From Terriglobales bacterium (GTDB lineage Bacteria; Acidobacteriota; Terriglobia; Terriglobales; Acidobacteriaceae), in the NCBI GenBank assembly GCA_035691485.1, contig DASSIZ010000043.1, forward strand, positions 4,236 through 68,235: DNA of 64,000 bases, read 5' to 3'. The notes under the pieces were generated by a model, which saw nothing but the letters and a program-made list of their open reading frames with translations, did no database searches and was not told the DNA's origin. A program made the position numbers and the translations under genes. Positions 34,472 to 45,881 of this stretch are shown here, piece after piece (positions within the stretch are counted from its first letter, which is position 1; each line of letters starts with the position of its first letter).

Positions 34472-34738
34472 ATGAGCATCCTTCAAGGAAAGACGATCAC
34501 CAGTCAGCGCGTCGTTCTCGACGGGAACATGTACGTGAATTGTCTCTTTATCCGGTGCGAACTGGTGTACCGGGGCGGCGCATGCACATTTCACTCCAAT
34601 ACGCGCGATTGCAGTTGGCTGTTTGAGGGGCCGGCGAAGAATACGATCCGCATTCTGCGAGAACTGGGTGTGCTTGAGAACGACCCCTCGGACTTCGAAA
34701 ATGTCGAACTTCGCACCGGCCCGAACCATGTGAACTGA
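34472..34738 (+). CDS. Hypothetical protein (88 aa)
   Basis: Strong SD GGGAGGGG 5 nt before the ATG. About 51% GC in the first 100 nt by hand count, versus about 63% in a sample of the neighbouring RND gene. Confidence 0.55.
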   Translation: MSILQGKTITSQRVVLDGNMYVNCLFIRCELVYRGGACTFHSNTRDCSWLFEGPAKNTIRILRELGVLENDPSDFENVELRTGPNHVN

Positions 34739-34830
34739 GTAAGTGGGCGCTGTTAGTGGCTAGTGGCTGGGAAAAGTACAGACTATTGACCACTGACTCT
34801 AACTACTAGCCACTGACCACTAGCCACTTA
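34739..34830. repeat. Imperfect palindromic element built from 7-bp units (TAGTGGC x2 on the left; tgaccac/tagccac units on the right)
   Basis: Read directly. Arms taagtgg...ttagtggctagtggc versus gccactgaccactagccactta. Contains the 16-mer ctaactactagccact, shared 15/16 with 60411-60426. Confidence 0.6.
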
Positions 34831-34857
34831 ACGACGACGAAGGGAAACTTACAACCG

Positions 34858-35067
34858 ATGGAAAATATCAAGTTCCTGGTGAAACTGAACCGCGGCGGCA
34901 ATCGGGCGGCGGAATACGTCAAACGCAGCGGTCAGATCCCGATCCAGACAACCACCAACCGTAAGCAGGCATTGCCAATGGGAAAATTCGCCGCCGAGGA
35001 CCTGGTCAAAGCCATGACCAATCCACGCTGCAGGCCCGAGTTGATTTCGGTAAAGGTTCCCGCCTGA
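34858..35067 (+). CDS. Hypothetical protein (69 aa), weakly supported
   Basis: ORF track only. AAGGGA 12 nt upstream of the ATG. About 55% GC. Confidence 0.35.
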   Translation: MENIKFLVKLNRGGNRAAEYVKRSGQIPIQTTTNRKQALPMGKFAAEDLVKAMTNPRCRPELISVKVPA

Positions 35068-35082
35068 TCGCGCCGCCTCTAC

Positions 35083-38000
35083 TCAGTCGTGATGTCCTAG
35101 CAGCGTCGCTTCGTCCAGTTCAGGGACAGCACGAGCTTTGCGGCGGTCGCGCCACTCCTCAAAGCGCCGCTGCAAGCGATCGAGATAGACGTAATACACG
35201 GGCGTGATGTAGAGCGTCACCAGTTGCGAGAAGAGCAATCCGCCGACGACCGCCAGTCCGAGACCGCGACGCGAGTCGGCTCCGGAGCCGAAACCGACGG
35301 CGATCGGCAGCGTACCCATCAGGGCCGCCATCGTCGTCATCATGATGGGGCGGAAACGGACCAGCGCTCCCTGGTAAATGGAATCTTCCGGCGACTTCCC
35401 TTCCTTGCGCTCGGCCTCGAGCGCGAAATCAATCATCATGATGGCGTTCTTTTTCACGATGCCGATCAGCATGATGATGCCAACGAAGGAATACAGGTTC
35501 AATTCCTGGTGGAACAGAATCAGCGTCAGCAGCGCGCCCACACCGGCGGAGGGTAGTCCGGAAAGAATCGTGATGGGGTGAACGAAGCTCTCGTAGAGAA
35601 CGCCGAGGATGATGTAAATCACCAGGATCGCTGCCACCAGCAGCAGCCCCATCCCGGTGAATGACTGCTGGAAAGCCTGCGCCGTACCCTGGAAAGTCCC
35701 AACAATATCGCCGGGGAGAATCTTCTGCGCCTGCTCCTGCACCGCGCGAGTGGCATCGCCCAGCGCCACGCCCGGTTTCAGGTTGAAGCTCAGGGTTACG
35801 GCCGGCAACTGCCCCAGGTGATTGACTGTCAGTGGGCCGACTGACGGCACCAGCTTGGAGACGGTGTCGAGCGGCACCAGCTTCCCTGTGTTGGAACGAA
35901 TGTAGAGCCACGACAGCTCAGCAGGATTGTTCTGGAACTGTGGTTCCAGCTCCACGATCACGTAGTACTCGTTGTTGGGAGTGTAGATGGTGCTGACCTG
36001 GCGTGTGCCGTAAGCGGAATAAAGCGCGTCGGTGACCTGGCCGGGAGTGACGCCCAGTGCGTACGCCTTGTCGCGATCCACCTGGATGGTTAGCTGCGGG
36101 TTCTTGATCTGCAGGTCGCTGGTCACGTCCTGCAACAAAGGAAGGTTGCGCAGGGCGGCTTCCAGCTTGGGTGCGGTGGAATAAAGTTCCGCCAAATCGG
36201 GCGTCTGCAAGGCGTACTGGTATTGCGACTTGGTCAGGCTGCCGCCGATACGGATGGTCGGGGGAATCTGCAGGAACACGTTGATGCCGGGTAGCTGCGC
36301 CAGCTTGGGGCGCAACTCCTGGATTACGTCCATGGCGGTGGCGTGATGGACCCGGTCCTTCTTGTCCTTAAGGCGGAAGAACATGCGACCCTGGTTGAGC
36401 GAGCCGCCGAAGGAGGGATTGCCGCCCATCGAGGAGATGATGTTCATCACGTTCGGGTCCTGGCGAACGATGTTGGTGGCCTTCTGCTGCAGGTCGAACA
36501 TGTCACGGAACGAAATTCCCTGCTGCGCCTCGGTGAAGGCGAACACCAGGCCCTGATCTTCGTCGGGCAGGAAGCCGGTTCGGATCTGGATAAACAGTAC
36601 GGCGGTGAGCGCAATCACTAGGAACGAGACCATCAAGGTCGCGAACTTGTGACGCAGCACCTTTTTCAGAGACCAGTCATATCCGCGCAACCAGGCATCG
36701 AAGACGCGCTCCGTGGCCTGGTAAAAGCGGCCGTGCTGACTCGCTTCCTGGTGCTTGAGGAAGCGGCTGCACAACATCGGAGTGAGGGTCAGCGAAACGA
36801 AGCCCGACACCAGGATGGCAACTCCGATGGTCACCGCGAACTCGTGCAGCAGCCGTCCGATGATGCCGCCCATGAACAGCAGCGGGATAAACACCGCCGC
36901 CAGCGAAATGGTCATGGAGAGAATGGTGAAGCCGATCTCGCGGGAGCCCTCGACGGCCGCCTGCATGGCGCTCTTGCCCATCTCCATGTGGCGAACGATG
37001 TTTTCCAGCATGACGATGGCGTCGTCCACGACAAATCCCACCGATAGCGTCAACGCCATCAGCGACAGGTTGTCCACGCTATAGCCGAGCAGGTACATCA
37101 CGGAGAAGGTGCCGATGATCGCCATGGGCAAGGCGAACGACGGAATAATGGTGGCCGAGATGTTGCGCAGGAACAGGAAGATCACCATCACCACCAGGGC
37201 GACGGTGAGCAGGAGCGTGAACTTGACGTCATTGACCGAGGCGCGGATGGATTCGGAGCGGTCGTACAAAGTATCGATGCGAACCGAAGCCGGAATCTGT
37301 TGCTCCAATCGCGGGAGCAGCTTCTTGACACCGTTGACAACCTCGACGGTATTGGTGCCCGGCTGGCGCTGGATGGCCAGCACGACGGCGCGATTGCCGT
37401 TGTACCAGCTCGCGCTCTTGTCGTCCTGAACACTGTCAATCACCCGCCCGAGCTCATTCAGGCGCACCGGCGAACCATTGCGATAAGCAACGATCATGGG
37501 GCCGAACCCCGCCGCGTTCTGCAGCTGGCCGTTGGAGAGCAGCGTGAAGGTGTGCACGCCGCCATACATGGTGCCGGTCGGCGTGTTGGTATTGCCGGCC
37601 TTGAGAGCGTTTTCGACCTCGTCAATGCCAATCTGGCGCGTCGCCAGCGCGCGCGGATCCACTTGCACGCGGACGGCATACTTCTGCGAGCCGAACACCG
37701 AAACCTGTGCCACTCCATTCACCATGGAGATGTTCTGCGCCATGGTGGTTTCAGCGGCTTCATCCACGTCCGACAGCTTCAGCGTCGGCGAACTGACGGC
37801 GAGATAGAGGATGGGCTGGTCGGCGGGATTCACCTTCTGGAACGAAGGCGGAGTCGGCATCTCCGGTGGCAGCTGGCTGGCCGCCTTGGAAATGGCGGAC
37901 TGCACGTCAAGCGCGGCGCCGTCCAGGCTGCGGCTGAGGTTGAACTGGATCGTGATGTTGGTGCCCCCCAACGCATTCGTCGAGGTCATCGAATCGATGC

Positions 38001-38226
38001 CGGCGATGGTGGAGAACTGCTTTTCCAGCGGCGTCGCCACCGATGACGCCATCGTCTCCGGGCTGGCGCCGGGCAATTGCGCGATCACCTGGATGGTCGG
38101 GAAATCCACGTTCGGCAGATCGCTGACGGGCAGCAGCGTGTAGGCAAAAATTCCGAATATCAAAATCGCGGCCATGACCAGCGTGGTCATGATCGGCCGC
38201 TTGATAAAGAGCTCGGAAATACTCAC
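35083..38226 (-). CDS. RND efflux transporter permease (HAE1, AcrB/MdtC-like), pump 3
   Basis: MSISELFIKRPIMTTLVMAAILIFG, 12-TM RND layout. GTGA overlap with the upstream adaptor gene. GGGAGGAGG SD. Confidence 0.95.
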   Translation of the reverse strand: MSISELFIKRPIMTTLVMAAILIFGIFAYTLLPVSDLPNVDFPTIQVIAQLPGASPETMASSVATPLEKQFSTIAGIDSMTSTNALGGTNITIQFNLSRSLDGAALDVQSAISKAASQLPPEMPTPPSFQKVNPADQPILYLAVSSPTLKLSDVDEAAETTMAQNISMVNGVAQVSVFGSQKYAVRVQVDPRALATRQIGIDEVENALKAGNTNTPTGTMYGGVHTFTLLSNGQLQNAAGFGPMIVAYRNGSPVRLNELGRVIDSVQDDKSASWYNGNRAVVLAIQRQPGTNTVEVVNGVKKLLPRLEQQIPASVRIDTLYDRSESIRASVNDVKFTLLLTVALVVMVIFLFLRNISATIIPSFALPMAIIGTFSVMYLLGYSVDNLSLMALTLSVGFVVDDAIVMLENIVRHMEMGKSAMQAAVEGSREIGFTILSMTISLAAVFIPLLFMGGIIGRLLHEFAVTIGVAILVSGFVSLTLTPMLCSRFLKHQEASQHGRFYQATERVFDAWLRGYDWSLKKVLRHKFATLMVSFLVIALTAVLFIQIRTGFLPDEDQGLVFAFTEAQQGISFRDMFDLQQKATNIVRQDPNVMNIISSMGGNPSFGGSLNQGRMFFRLKDKKDRVHHATAMDVIQELRPKLAQLPGINVFLQIPPTIRIGGSLTKSQYQYALQTPDLAELYSTAPKLEAALRNLPLLQDVTSDLQIKNPQLTIQVDRDKAYALGVTPGQVTDALYSAYGTRQVSTIYTPNNEYYVIVELEPQFQNNPAELSWLYIRSNTGKLVPLDTVSKLVPSVGPLTVNHLGQLPAVTLSFNLKPGVALGDATRAVQEQAQKILPGDIVGTFQGTAQAFQQSFTGMGLLLVAAILVIYIILGVLYESFVHPITILSGLPSAGVGALLTLILFHQELNLYSFVGIIMLIGIVKKNAIMMIDFALEAERKEGKSPEDSIYQGALVRFRPIMMTTMAALMGTLPIAVGFGSGADSRRGLGLAVVGGLLFSQLVTLYITPVYYVYLDRLQRRFEEWRDRRKARAVPELDEATLLGHHD

Positions 38227-39476
38227 TGGCTGCCTCCTCCCGCAGGCGAGGGTGCCTGCGCCACACCGGAGGCTGGCTGTGCGGTGGACGAGTTCGGCGC
38301 CCCGGCGGCGGCGCCGGGGACTACGCTTTGAATATTTACCTTACCGTTGGGAACGACGCGCAACTGTCCATCCACGATAACGCGCTGGCCGGGAGTGAGC
38401 CCACCGGCCACCAGGGTCAGGTTCTGGAACGTGCCCGTGCTCTGCACCGGCTGCGGCTTCGCTGTGTTTTCCTGGTCTACCACGTATACGTAAGACCCTT
38501 GTTGCCCGGTCTGAATCGCCTTGGTAGGCACAACCATCGCGTTCTTGTGCATGGAAAGATTCAGCACGACGTCCACGAATTCGCCCGGCCACAGGCGCCG
38601 GTCTTTGTTCACAAAGGTGGCCTTGAGTTTGACTGTTCCGGTGGTGGGATCAACGCCGTTATCGATAAACGTCAGCTTGCCCTCCGCCGGATTGCTGGTC
38701 TGGCCCTTGGGATAGGCGAGCACCTTCAGCTGCCCGCCGGCAGAGTACTGTCGCACCGCCTGCAGCTGCGTCTCGGGAATGGAGAAGGTCACATAGATAG
38801 GTTGCACCTGGTTGAGCTGAACCAGGAACGGCGTGTCGTTAGCCTTGATTAGGTTGCCGACATTGATCAGCAACGCTCCCGCGCGGGCATCAATCGGCGC
38901 ATGGATATCGGTATAGCGAAGTTGCACCCTGGCAGCGTCCACGGCGGCCTTGTCGGCATTGACAGCAGAAGCGTTCGCCTGCGCCTGGGTGCGCATCTGG
39001 TCAGCTTGCTCCCGCGAAATCACTCCTTGCTTCTCCAATGCCGTGTAGCGCCCAGCCTGCGCCTCCGCATTCACCGCATTTGCCTGGTCGCGCTGCAGAT
39101 TGCCTTCGGCCTGCGCGAGCGCAGCCTGAAAAGGGGCCTTGTCCAGTTGAAAGAGCAATTGTCCCCTGCGAACGTCGTCGCCTTCTTTGAACAACACGCG
39201 CTGGAGTTGACCGTTGACCTGCGCGCGGATCTGCACCGCCTGATAAGCCTCCACGTTGCCGATGGCCGTGATCTGCACGGGGATGTCACGCTGCTCCACG
39301 GTGGAGACCACAACCGGCGCCGGCGGCCGCTGGCCTCCCGGCCCGCCAGGACCGGCGGCTTGCGCGGTGTTCTTGTTGCAACCAGTCAACAGGCAAACCG
39401 CGGTAATCGCCATTACGCACACAGCGAGCACGGATAACTTGCGGAAACGGTTCTGGAAATGATTTCTGTAGGTCAT
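38223..39476 (-). CDS. RND periplasmic adaptor (membrane fusion protein), lipoprotein
   Basis: ATG at 39474-39476. Lipobox CLLTGC. HlyD/AcrA-like coiled-coil and barrel segments. Pro/Gly-rich tail. Confidence 0.9.
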   Translation of the reverse strand: MTYRNHFQNRFRKLSVLAVCVMAITAVCLLTGCNKNTAQAAGPGGPGGQRPPAPVVVSTVEQRDIPVQITAIGNVEAYQAVQIRAQVNGQLQRVLFKEGDDVRRGQLLFQLDKAPFQAALAQAEGNLQRDQANAVNAEAQAGRYTALEKQGVISREQADQMRTQAQANASAVNADKAAVDAARVQLRYTDIHAPIDARAGALLINVGNLIKANDTPFLVQLNQVQPIYVTFSIPETQLQAVRQYSAGGQLKVLAYPKGQTSNPAEGKLTFIDNGVDPTTGTVKLKATFVNKDRRLWPGEFVDVVLNLSMHKNAMVVPTKAIQTGQQGSYVYVVDQENTAKPQPVQSTGTFQNLTLVAGGLTPGQRVIVDGQLRVVPNGKVNIQSVVPGAAAGAPNSSTAQPASGVAQAPSPAGGGSQ

Positions 39477-39642
39477 TAGTCTTTCTGATTGAGTGCGAAG
39501 TAAGATGCCCAAGTAAGTGACTGCTTACTGCTTCGATGCTTTACCACCTGATAAGTTTCCACCAATCACTGATTTTACCTTTGTTTACAAGCTGCTCGGA
39601 AATTCGTCGGTCCACAAACTCACGAACTCAAAGAAGCGCAGG

Positions 39643-42600
39643 TCAGGGAGCATGCGGCTCCGGCGGATTGAAATCCGCCGCTACATCGCGCAACTCCCGC
39701 GGCTTACGTCCGCCCCGGCGCATCAGCTTCCACCGCAGCCGGTCCAGGTACAAATACATGACCGGGGTCGTGAACAACGTCAGTGCCTGGCTCACGATAA
39801 GCCCGCCGACAATCGTCAATCCCAGCGGACGGCGAAGCTCGGAGCCGACGCCGCCGGCCAGCGCCAGCGGCAACGCGCCGAACAGGGCCGCCAGCGTCGT
39901 CATCATGATGGGCCGGAAACGCAGCAACGACGCTTCATAGATCGCCTGCTCCGGCTCCATGCGATCGCGGCGCTCGGCTTCGAGGGCAAAGTCGATCATC
40001 ATGATGGCATTTTTCTTGACGATCCCGATCAGCAGGATGATGCCGATCAGCGCCATGATCGTGAGGTCGGTGTGCGATATCAGCAGCGCCAGCAGCGCAC
40101 CGACACCGGCCGAGGGCAGCGTCGACAGAATGGTGATCGGGTGCATGTAGCTCTCGTAAAGCACCCCGAGCACGATGTACACGGTGAACAGCGCCGCCAT
40201 GATTAGCACCGGCTGGTTCTTCAGAGATTCCTGGAACGCCGCGGCCGTGCCGGAAAAGCTGGCAATGATGTTGCCGGGAAAACGCATGGTTCGTTCCGCG
40301 TCCTGGATGGCGCGCACCGCCTGCCCGAGCGAAACCCCGGGCGCCAGGTTGAAGGAGAAGGTGGTGGAGGGAAACTGGGACTGGTGATTCACCGTCAGCG
40401 CGGTGTTTCCGGTTACGTAATGTGAGAACGCGCTCAGCGGAACCAGCTTTCCGTTGGCCGCATGCACGTAGATCTGCTTCAGCGCATCCGGATTGTTCTG
40501 GAAGGTCGGATCGACCTCCATCACGACGTGGTACTGATTGAGCTGGCGGTAGATGGTGGAAACCTGGCGCTGGCCAAAAGCGTCGTAGAGCGACTCGTCA
40601 ATCTGCGCCGGCTGGACGCCGAGGCGGCCGGCTGTGTCGCGGTCAATGGTCAAGTGCAGTTCCAGCCCCTTGTTCTGCTGGTCGCTGGAGACGTCGCGCA
40701 GCTCATTCATGGTGCGCAGTTTCTGCAGTAGCCGCGGCGCCCATTCATTCAGCTCCGCCAGGTCAGCGTCCTGCAAGGTGTACTGATACTGCGCGTTGCT
40801 CATGCGTCCGCCGACGCGCACATCCTGGACCGGCTGCAGAAACAGGGCGGCGCCGGGAATATGGCTGAGCTTGGGCCGGAGACGGGCGATCACCTGGTCG
40901 GCGCTGGCTTTGCGCTTCCCCTTCAACTGGATGAAGAAGCGCGCCGTATTGCGGGCGCCCCCGCCGGTGAACGCACCCACCGTGTCCACCTCGGGATCGG
41001 AGAGGACGATGTCGCTGAACTGTTGCTGTTTCTGCCGCAGCGAGACGAAGGAGATGTCCTGCGACGCCTGGATGCTGCCCATCAGGCGCCCGGTATCCTG
41101 CTGCGGGAAAAATCCCTTGGGCACGATGATGTAGAGGTACACGGCCAGCGCCATGGTGCCGAGCATGATGACCAGCATCAGCGCCGAATAGCGGAGCACC
41201 CAGCGCAGCCCCCCGGCATAAGTAGAGTGCATCCACTTGAACGCCCCCTCGCTCATGCGGTAGAGCCGCCCGTGTTTGACCTCCGACACCGGCTTCAGGA
41301 ACTTGGCGCAGAGCATGGGCGTCGTCGTGAGGGAAACGACCAACGACACCGCGATCGCTAGGCTGAGCACGACGGCGAATTCCCGGAACAGCCGCCCGAC
41401 AATTCCGCCCATCAGCAGGATGGGAATGAAGACGGCCACCAGCGACGTGCTCATGGAAAACACGGTGAAGCCGATTTCGCGCGAGCCTTTGAACGCGGCG
41501 GCCACAGGATGTTCGCCCGCCTCGATGTAGCGCGTGATGTTTTCGATGACGACGATCGCGTCGTCAACCACGAAACCGGTGGCGATGGTCAGCGCCATCA
41601 ACGACAAATTGTCGATGCTGTAATGGAGCAGGTACATCAGCGCGACGGTGCCCAGCAACGAGAGCGGAACGGCGACGCTGGGAATGAAGGTTGCGGCCGC
41701 GTTGCGCAGGAACAAAAAGATGACCAGCACCACCAGCGCGACCGCAATGGAGAGCGTGATTTCGACATCCTGCACCGAGGTGCGAATGGTCGTGGTGCGG
41801 TCGTTCACCACCGAGAGTTTCATCGAGCCCGGAATCGACGACTGAAACAGCGGGATCAGTCCGCGAATGCGGTCCACGGTGCCAATGATGTTCGCGCCCG
41901 GCTGGCGGAAGATAATGATCAGCACTGCCGGTTTGCTGTTGAACAGCGCCGCGTTGCGGATGTCCTCCACGGAATCGGAGACGTTGGAAACCTGGTCCAG
42001 CCGCACCGGAGCGCCGTTGCGATAGGTGACAACCAGCGGCTTGTACTGGTCGGCGACCTTGAGCTGATCGTCGGCGGCAATCGCGAAAGTGCGGGTGTCA
42101 CCGCTGAACTCGCCCTTGGGTATGTTGGCATTGGCGCGGTTCAGCGCGTTGCGCACCTCGTCCATGCCGATGCCGTAGGCGGAAAGTTGCGCCGGATTGG
42201 CTTGCACCCGAACCGCCGGCTTGGCGCCGCCGCCGACGATCACCTGTCCCACGCCTTCCACCTGCGAGATTTTTTGCGCCAGGATGGAATCGGCGGCGTC
42301 GTACATGCGCGCCAGTGGCATGGTGTCGGAGGTCAGCGCCAGCAGGATGATAGGAGCGTCGGCGGGATTGGTTTTCCGATAGGTCGGATTATTCGGCAGG
42401 TTCGCCGGAAGCTGTCCCCGCGCCGCATTGATGGCGGCCTGCACGTCGCGCGCCGCGGCATTGATGTTGCGGCTCAGATCGAACTGCATGGTGACGTTGG
42501 TGGACCCAAGCTGGCTGGTCGAGGTCATTTCGGTGATGCCGGCAATGCGTCCGAACTGGCGTTCCAGGGGAGTGGCCACAGCTGAGGCCATCGTTTCCGG

Positions 42601-42765
42601 ACTGGCGCCCGGTAATCCCGCCTGCACCGAGATGGTGGGGAATTCCACCTCCGGAAGCGGCGAGACCGGCAGCAGGAAATAGGCGATGATCCCCGCCATC
42701 AGCACCGCCACCGCGAGCAGCGAGGTCCCGACCGGCCGGCGTATGAAGGGAGCAGAGACGCTCAT
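39643..42765 (-). CDS. RND efflux permease, MdtC-like
   Basis: MSVSAPFIRRPVGTSLLAVAVLMAG. Full RND layout. 2 nt after the preceding RND gene. Confidence 0.95.
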   Translation of the reverse strand: MSVSAPFIRRPVGTSLLAVAVLMAGIIAYFLLPVSPLPEVEFPTISVQAGLPGASPETMASAVATPLERQFGRIAGITEMTSTSQLGSTNVTMQFDLSRNINAAARDVQAAINAARGQLPANLPNNPTYRKTNPADAPIILLALTSDTMPLARMYDAADSILAQKISQVEGVGQVIVGGGAKPAVRVQANPAQLSAYGIGMDEVRNALNRANANIPKGEFSGDTRTFAIAADDQLKVADQYKPLVVTYRNGAPVRLDQVSNVSDSVEDIRNAALFNSKPAVLIIIFRQPGANIIGTVDRIRGLIPLFQSSIPGSMKLSVVNDRTTTIRTSVQDVEITLSIAVALVVLVIFLFLRNAAATFIPSVAVPLSLLGTVALMYLLHYSIDNLSLMALTIATGFVVDDAIVVIENITRYIEAGEHPVAAAFKGSREIGFTVFSMSTSLVAVFIPILLMGGIVGRLFREFAVVLSLAIAVSLVVSLTTTPMLCAKFLKPVSEVKHGRLYRMSEGAFKWMHSTYAGGLRWVLRYSALMLVIMLGTMALAVYLYIIVPKGFFPQQDTGRLMGSIQASQDISFVSLRQKQQQFSDIVLSDPEVDTVGAFTGGGARNTARFFIQLKGKRKASADQVIARLRPKLSHIPGAALFLQPVQDVRVGGRMSNAQYQYTLQDADLAELNEWAPRLLQKLRTMNELRDVSSDQQNKGLELHLTIDRDTAGRLGVQPAQIDESLYDAFGQRQVSTIYRQLNQYHVVMEVDPTFQNNPDALKQIYVHAANGKLVPLSAFSHYVTGNTALTVNHQSQFPSTTFSFNLAPGVSLGQAVRAIQDAERTMRFPGNIIASFSGTAAAFQESLKNQPVLIMAALFTVYIVLGVLYESYMHPITILSTLPSAGVGALLALLISHTDLTIMALIGIILLIGIVKKNAIMMIDFALEAERRDRMEPEQAIYEASLLRFRPIMMTTLAALFGALPLALAGGVGSELRRPLGLTIVGGLIVSQALTLFTTPVMYLYLDRLRWKLMRRGGRKPRELRDVAADFNPPEPHAP

Positions 42766-42767
42766 GG

Positions 42768-45700
42768 TTAGTCCGCCGGCACCGATTCTGCATTGATGGG
42801 ATTGCCGACGCGGTAACGCGACAGCTTGCGCGCCAGCCGGTCAAAGAAGAGGTAAACCACGGGCGTGGTGTACAGCGTCAGCAACTGGCTGAGGAGCAGC
42901 CCGCCGACAATGGTGATGCCGAGCGGATGGCGCAACTCGGAACCTGTGCCGCGACCCAACGCCAGCGGCAGCCCGCCGAAGAGCGCCGCCATGGTGGTCA
43001 TCATGATGGGGCGGAAGCGCAGCAGGCAAGCCTGGTAGATGGCGTCTTCCGGAGGCATGCCATCCTTGCGCTCGGCCTCGAGCGCGAAATCGATCATCAT
43101 GATGGCGTTCTTTTTCACGATGCCGATCAGCAGCACCATGCCGATCAGTCCGACCACGCCGAGGTCCATGCCGAACAGGAGCAGCGCCAGCAAGGCGCCT
43201 ACGCCGGCGGACGGGAGGGTAGAGAGAATGGTGATGGGATGAATATAGCTTTCGTAGAGCACGCCGAGCACGATGTAGACCGTGATCACGGCCGCCAGGA
43301 TCAGGATCGGCTCGTTCTTTAGCGATGATTGAAACGCCGCCGCCGTCCCCTGGAAGCTGGCGTGGATACTTGTCGGCAACCCGATTTCCTTCTCCGCCTC
43401 CTGGATCGCCTTCACGGCGTGGCCAAGCGAGAGCCTGGGGGCAATATTGAATGACAGCGTCGCCGCCGGAAATTGTCCCTGGTGATTGATGGTGAGCGGC
43501 GCATTGATATTCTGCACCCGCGTGAACGTGGTCAGTGGAACCGAGCCCCCATTTGCGGTGTGTACGTAAATGTCTTTCAGATTGTCCGGGGTAACCTGGA
43601 ACCTCGGATCCACTTCCAGCACCACGTGGTACTGGTTCAACTGGGTGAAGATGGTCGAGACCTGCCGCTGACCGAAGGCGTCGTAGAGGGTGTTGTCAAG
43701 GTCGGCGGGAAGAATGCCCAGCCGTCCGGCGGTGTCGCGGTCAATCGTGATGGCCGCCTGCAATCCGCCATTCTGCTGGTCGCTGGCGACATCGCGCAAC
43801 TCCGGCCGGGTGCGCAGCTTGTCCACCAGGCGCGGCGTCCACTCTCCCAACTCCTGCGCGTTGGCGTCTTCGATCGTGTACTGGTACTGCGTGCGGCTGA
43901 CCCGGTCCTCGACGGTCAGGTCTTGCACCGGCTGCATGTAGAGCGTGACGCCCTGCACCTGCGCCAGCTGTGGCTGCAGCCGCTGAATGACCTCCGAAGC
44001 CGTTGAGTTGCGCTTGTCGCGCGGCTTCAGGTTCACCTGGATGCGACCGCTGTTGATCGTCGTGTTGATGCCGTCCACGCCGATGAACGACGAAAGGTTC
44101 GCCACATCCGGGTCTTTGAGGATGATCTCGGCGAGTTTCTGCTGGCGCTCCGCCATCGCCTGGAAGGAAACCGTTTGCGAGGCTTCCGAGATCCCCAGGA
44201 TCGCGCCCGTATCCTGCACCGGGAAAAACCCCTTGGGCACGACGATGTAAAGGAAGATGGTCAGCACCAGCGTGCCCACCGTGACCAGCAGCGTTTCCCG
44301 CTGGTGACGCAGCACCCACCGCAGTGTCGTGCCGTACTTCTCGATGACGTTGTGAAAGAACTGCTCCGACTTGCGGTAGAACCAGCCTTGCTCCTGTTCC
44401 GTCCGGTGGCGGAGCAGCTTGGCGCACATCATCGGCGTAAGGGTCAGAGATATACCCGCCGATACCAGGATGGTCACCGCCAGGGTAACCGCGAATTCGC
44501 GGAACAGTCGTCCGACCACGTCGCCCATGAACAGCAGCGGGATGAGCACCGCGATCAGCGACACGGTCAACGACACGATGGTGAAGCCGATCTGCTCCGA
44601 TCCCTTCAGCGCCGCCATCACCGGGGAATCGCCTTCCTCGATGTAGCGGGCAATGTTTTCGATCATGACGATGGCGTCGTCCACCACGAAGCCGGTGGAA
44701 ATGGTCAGCGCCATCAGAGAAAGATTGTCGAGACTGTACCCCAGCAGGTACATCACCCCGAACGTCCCCACCAGCGACAGCGGCACCGTGATGCTGGGAA
44801 TCACCGTCGCCGACAGCGTCCGCAGGAAAAGAAACATGACCATGACCACCAGGGCGATGGTCAGGACCAGCTCGAATTTCACGTCCGCCACCGAGGCGCG
44901 AATCGTTTCCGTGCGGTCGGCGACCACTTCCGCCTTCACCGCGCTGGGCAGCGCCGCCCGCAGCGTCGGCAGCAGCGTCTGAATGCGATCCACGACGCTG
45001 ATGATGTTCGCGCCCGGCTGGCGCTGGATGTTCATGATTACGGCCGGATGCAGGTTCTCCCAGGCCGCCTGCTTCACGTTCTCGGCGCTGTCGACGACGG
45101 TCGCAACATCCATCACCCTCACCGGTGAGCCGTTGCGGTAAGCGATGATCACCGGTTTATAGCCGGCGCTCGACATCAGCTGATCGTCGGCCCCGATGGT
45201 GTAGGCCAGCCGCGGCCCTTCAATGCTGCCCTTGGCCTGATCCACGTTGGCCTGCGTCAGCACCGTCCGCAGGTCCTCCAGGCCCAGGCCGTAGGAGGCG
45301 AGCGCGGTCGGATTCGCCTGCACACGCACCGCCGGCTTTTGCCCGCCGCTGATGGACACCAGCCCGACGCCGGGTATCTGCGAAATTTTCTGCGCCAGCG
45401 TGGTGTCGGCCAAGTCTTCGACCTTCGAGAGCGGCAGCGTGTCCGACGACAGCGCCAGCGTCAGAACCGGCGCATCGGCGGGATTCGTCTTGGTATAGAT
45501 GGGCGGGTTGGGAAGATCGCGCGGCAGGTAGGTGCCGGAGGCATTGATGGCTGCCTGCACCTCCTGCTCGGCGACATCAATGCTCTCGTTCAAGTTGAAT
45601 TGCAGCACCACAATCGAGCTGCCGAACGAGCTCGTCGACGTCATCTGATTCAGCCCGGGAAGCTGGCCGAACTGCCGCTCCAGCGGCGTCGTCACCGACG

Positions 45701-45881
45701 AGGCGATGACATCCGGACTGGCGCCGGGATAGAAGGTCAAAATCTGGATGGTGGGGTAATCCACCTGTGGCAGCGCCGAAACCGGCAGCTGCCGGTAGGC
45801 GACCACCCCGACCAGCAGCAGTCCCACCGTCAACAATGACGTGGCCACCGGCCGAAGAATAAAAATGCGGGACGGATTCAT
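42768..45881 (-). CDS. RND efflux permease, MdtB-like
   Basis: [25 protein letters not shown]. Full RND layout. 4-nt overlap with the adaptor gene. Confidence 0.95.
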   Translation of the reverse strand: MNPSRIFILRPVATSLLTVGLLLVGVVAYRQLPVSALPQVDYPTIQILTFYPGASPDVIASSVTTPLERQFGQLPGLNQMTSTSSFGSSIVVLQFNLNESIDVAEQEVQAAINASGTYLPRDLPNPPIYTKTNPADAPVLTLALSSDTLPLSKVEDLADTTLAQKISQIPGVGLVSISGGQKPAVRVQANPTALASYGLGLEDLRTVLTQANVDQAKGSIEGPRLAYTIGADDQLMSSAGYKPVIIAYRNGSPVRVMDVATVVDSAENVKQAAWENLHPAVIMNIQRQPGANIISVVDRIQTLLPTLRAALPSAVKAEVVADRTETIRASVADVKFELVLTIALVVMVMFLFLRTLSATVIPSITVPLSLVGTFGVMYLLGYSLDNLSLMALTISTGFVVDDAIVMIENIARYIEEGDSPVMAALKGSEQIGFTIVSLTVSLIAVLIPLLFMGDVVGRLFREFAVTLAVTILVSAGISLTLTPMMCAKLLRHRTEQEQGWFYRKSEQFFHNVIEKYGTTLRWVLRHQRETLLVTVGTLVLTIFLYIVVPKGFFPVQDTGAILGISEASQTVSFQAMAERQQKLAEIILKDPDVANLSSFIGVDGINTTINSGRIQVNLKPRDKRNSTASEVIQRLQPQLAQVQGVTLYMQPVQDLTVEDRVSRTQYQYTIEDANAQELGEWTPRLVDKLRTRPELRDVASDQQNGGLQAAITIDRDTAGRLGILPADLDNTLYDAFGQRQVSTIFTQLNQYHVVLEVDPRFQVTPDNLKDIYVHTANGGSVPLTTFTRVQNINAPLTINHQGQFPAATLSFNIAPRLSLGHAVKAIQEAEKEIGLPTSIHASFQGTAAAFQSSLKNEPILILAAVITVYIVLGVLYESYIHPITILSTLPSAGVGALLALLLFGMDLGVVGLIGMVLLIGIVKKNAIMMIDFALEAERKDGMPPEDAIYQACLLRFRPIMMTTMAALFGGLPLALGRGTGSELRHPLGITIVGGLLLSQLLTLYTTPVVYLFFDRLARKLSRYRVGNPINAESVPAD

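Noticed and set aside
39517-45839. Many plus-strand ORFs (e.g. 41509-42585, 44175-45128) inside the RND genes, and similar ones at 11213-12481 and 16873-17823
   Set aside because: They are antisense to clearly homologous RND, GT-C-like and GT4 genes. They are His/Arg/Asp/Gln-rich low-complexity translations.
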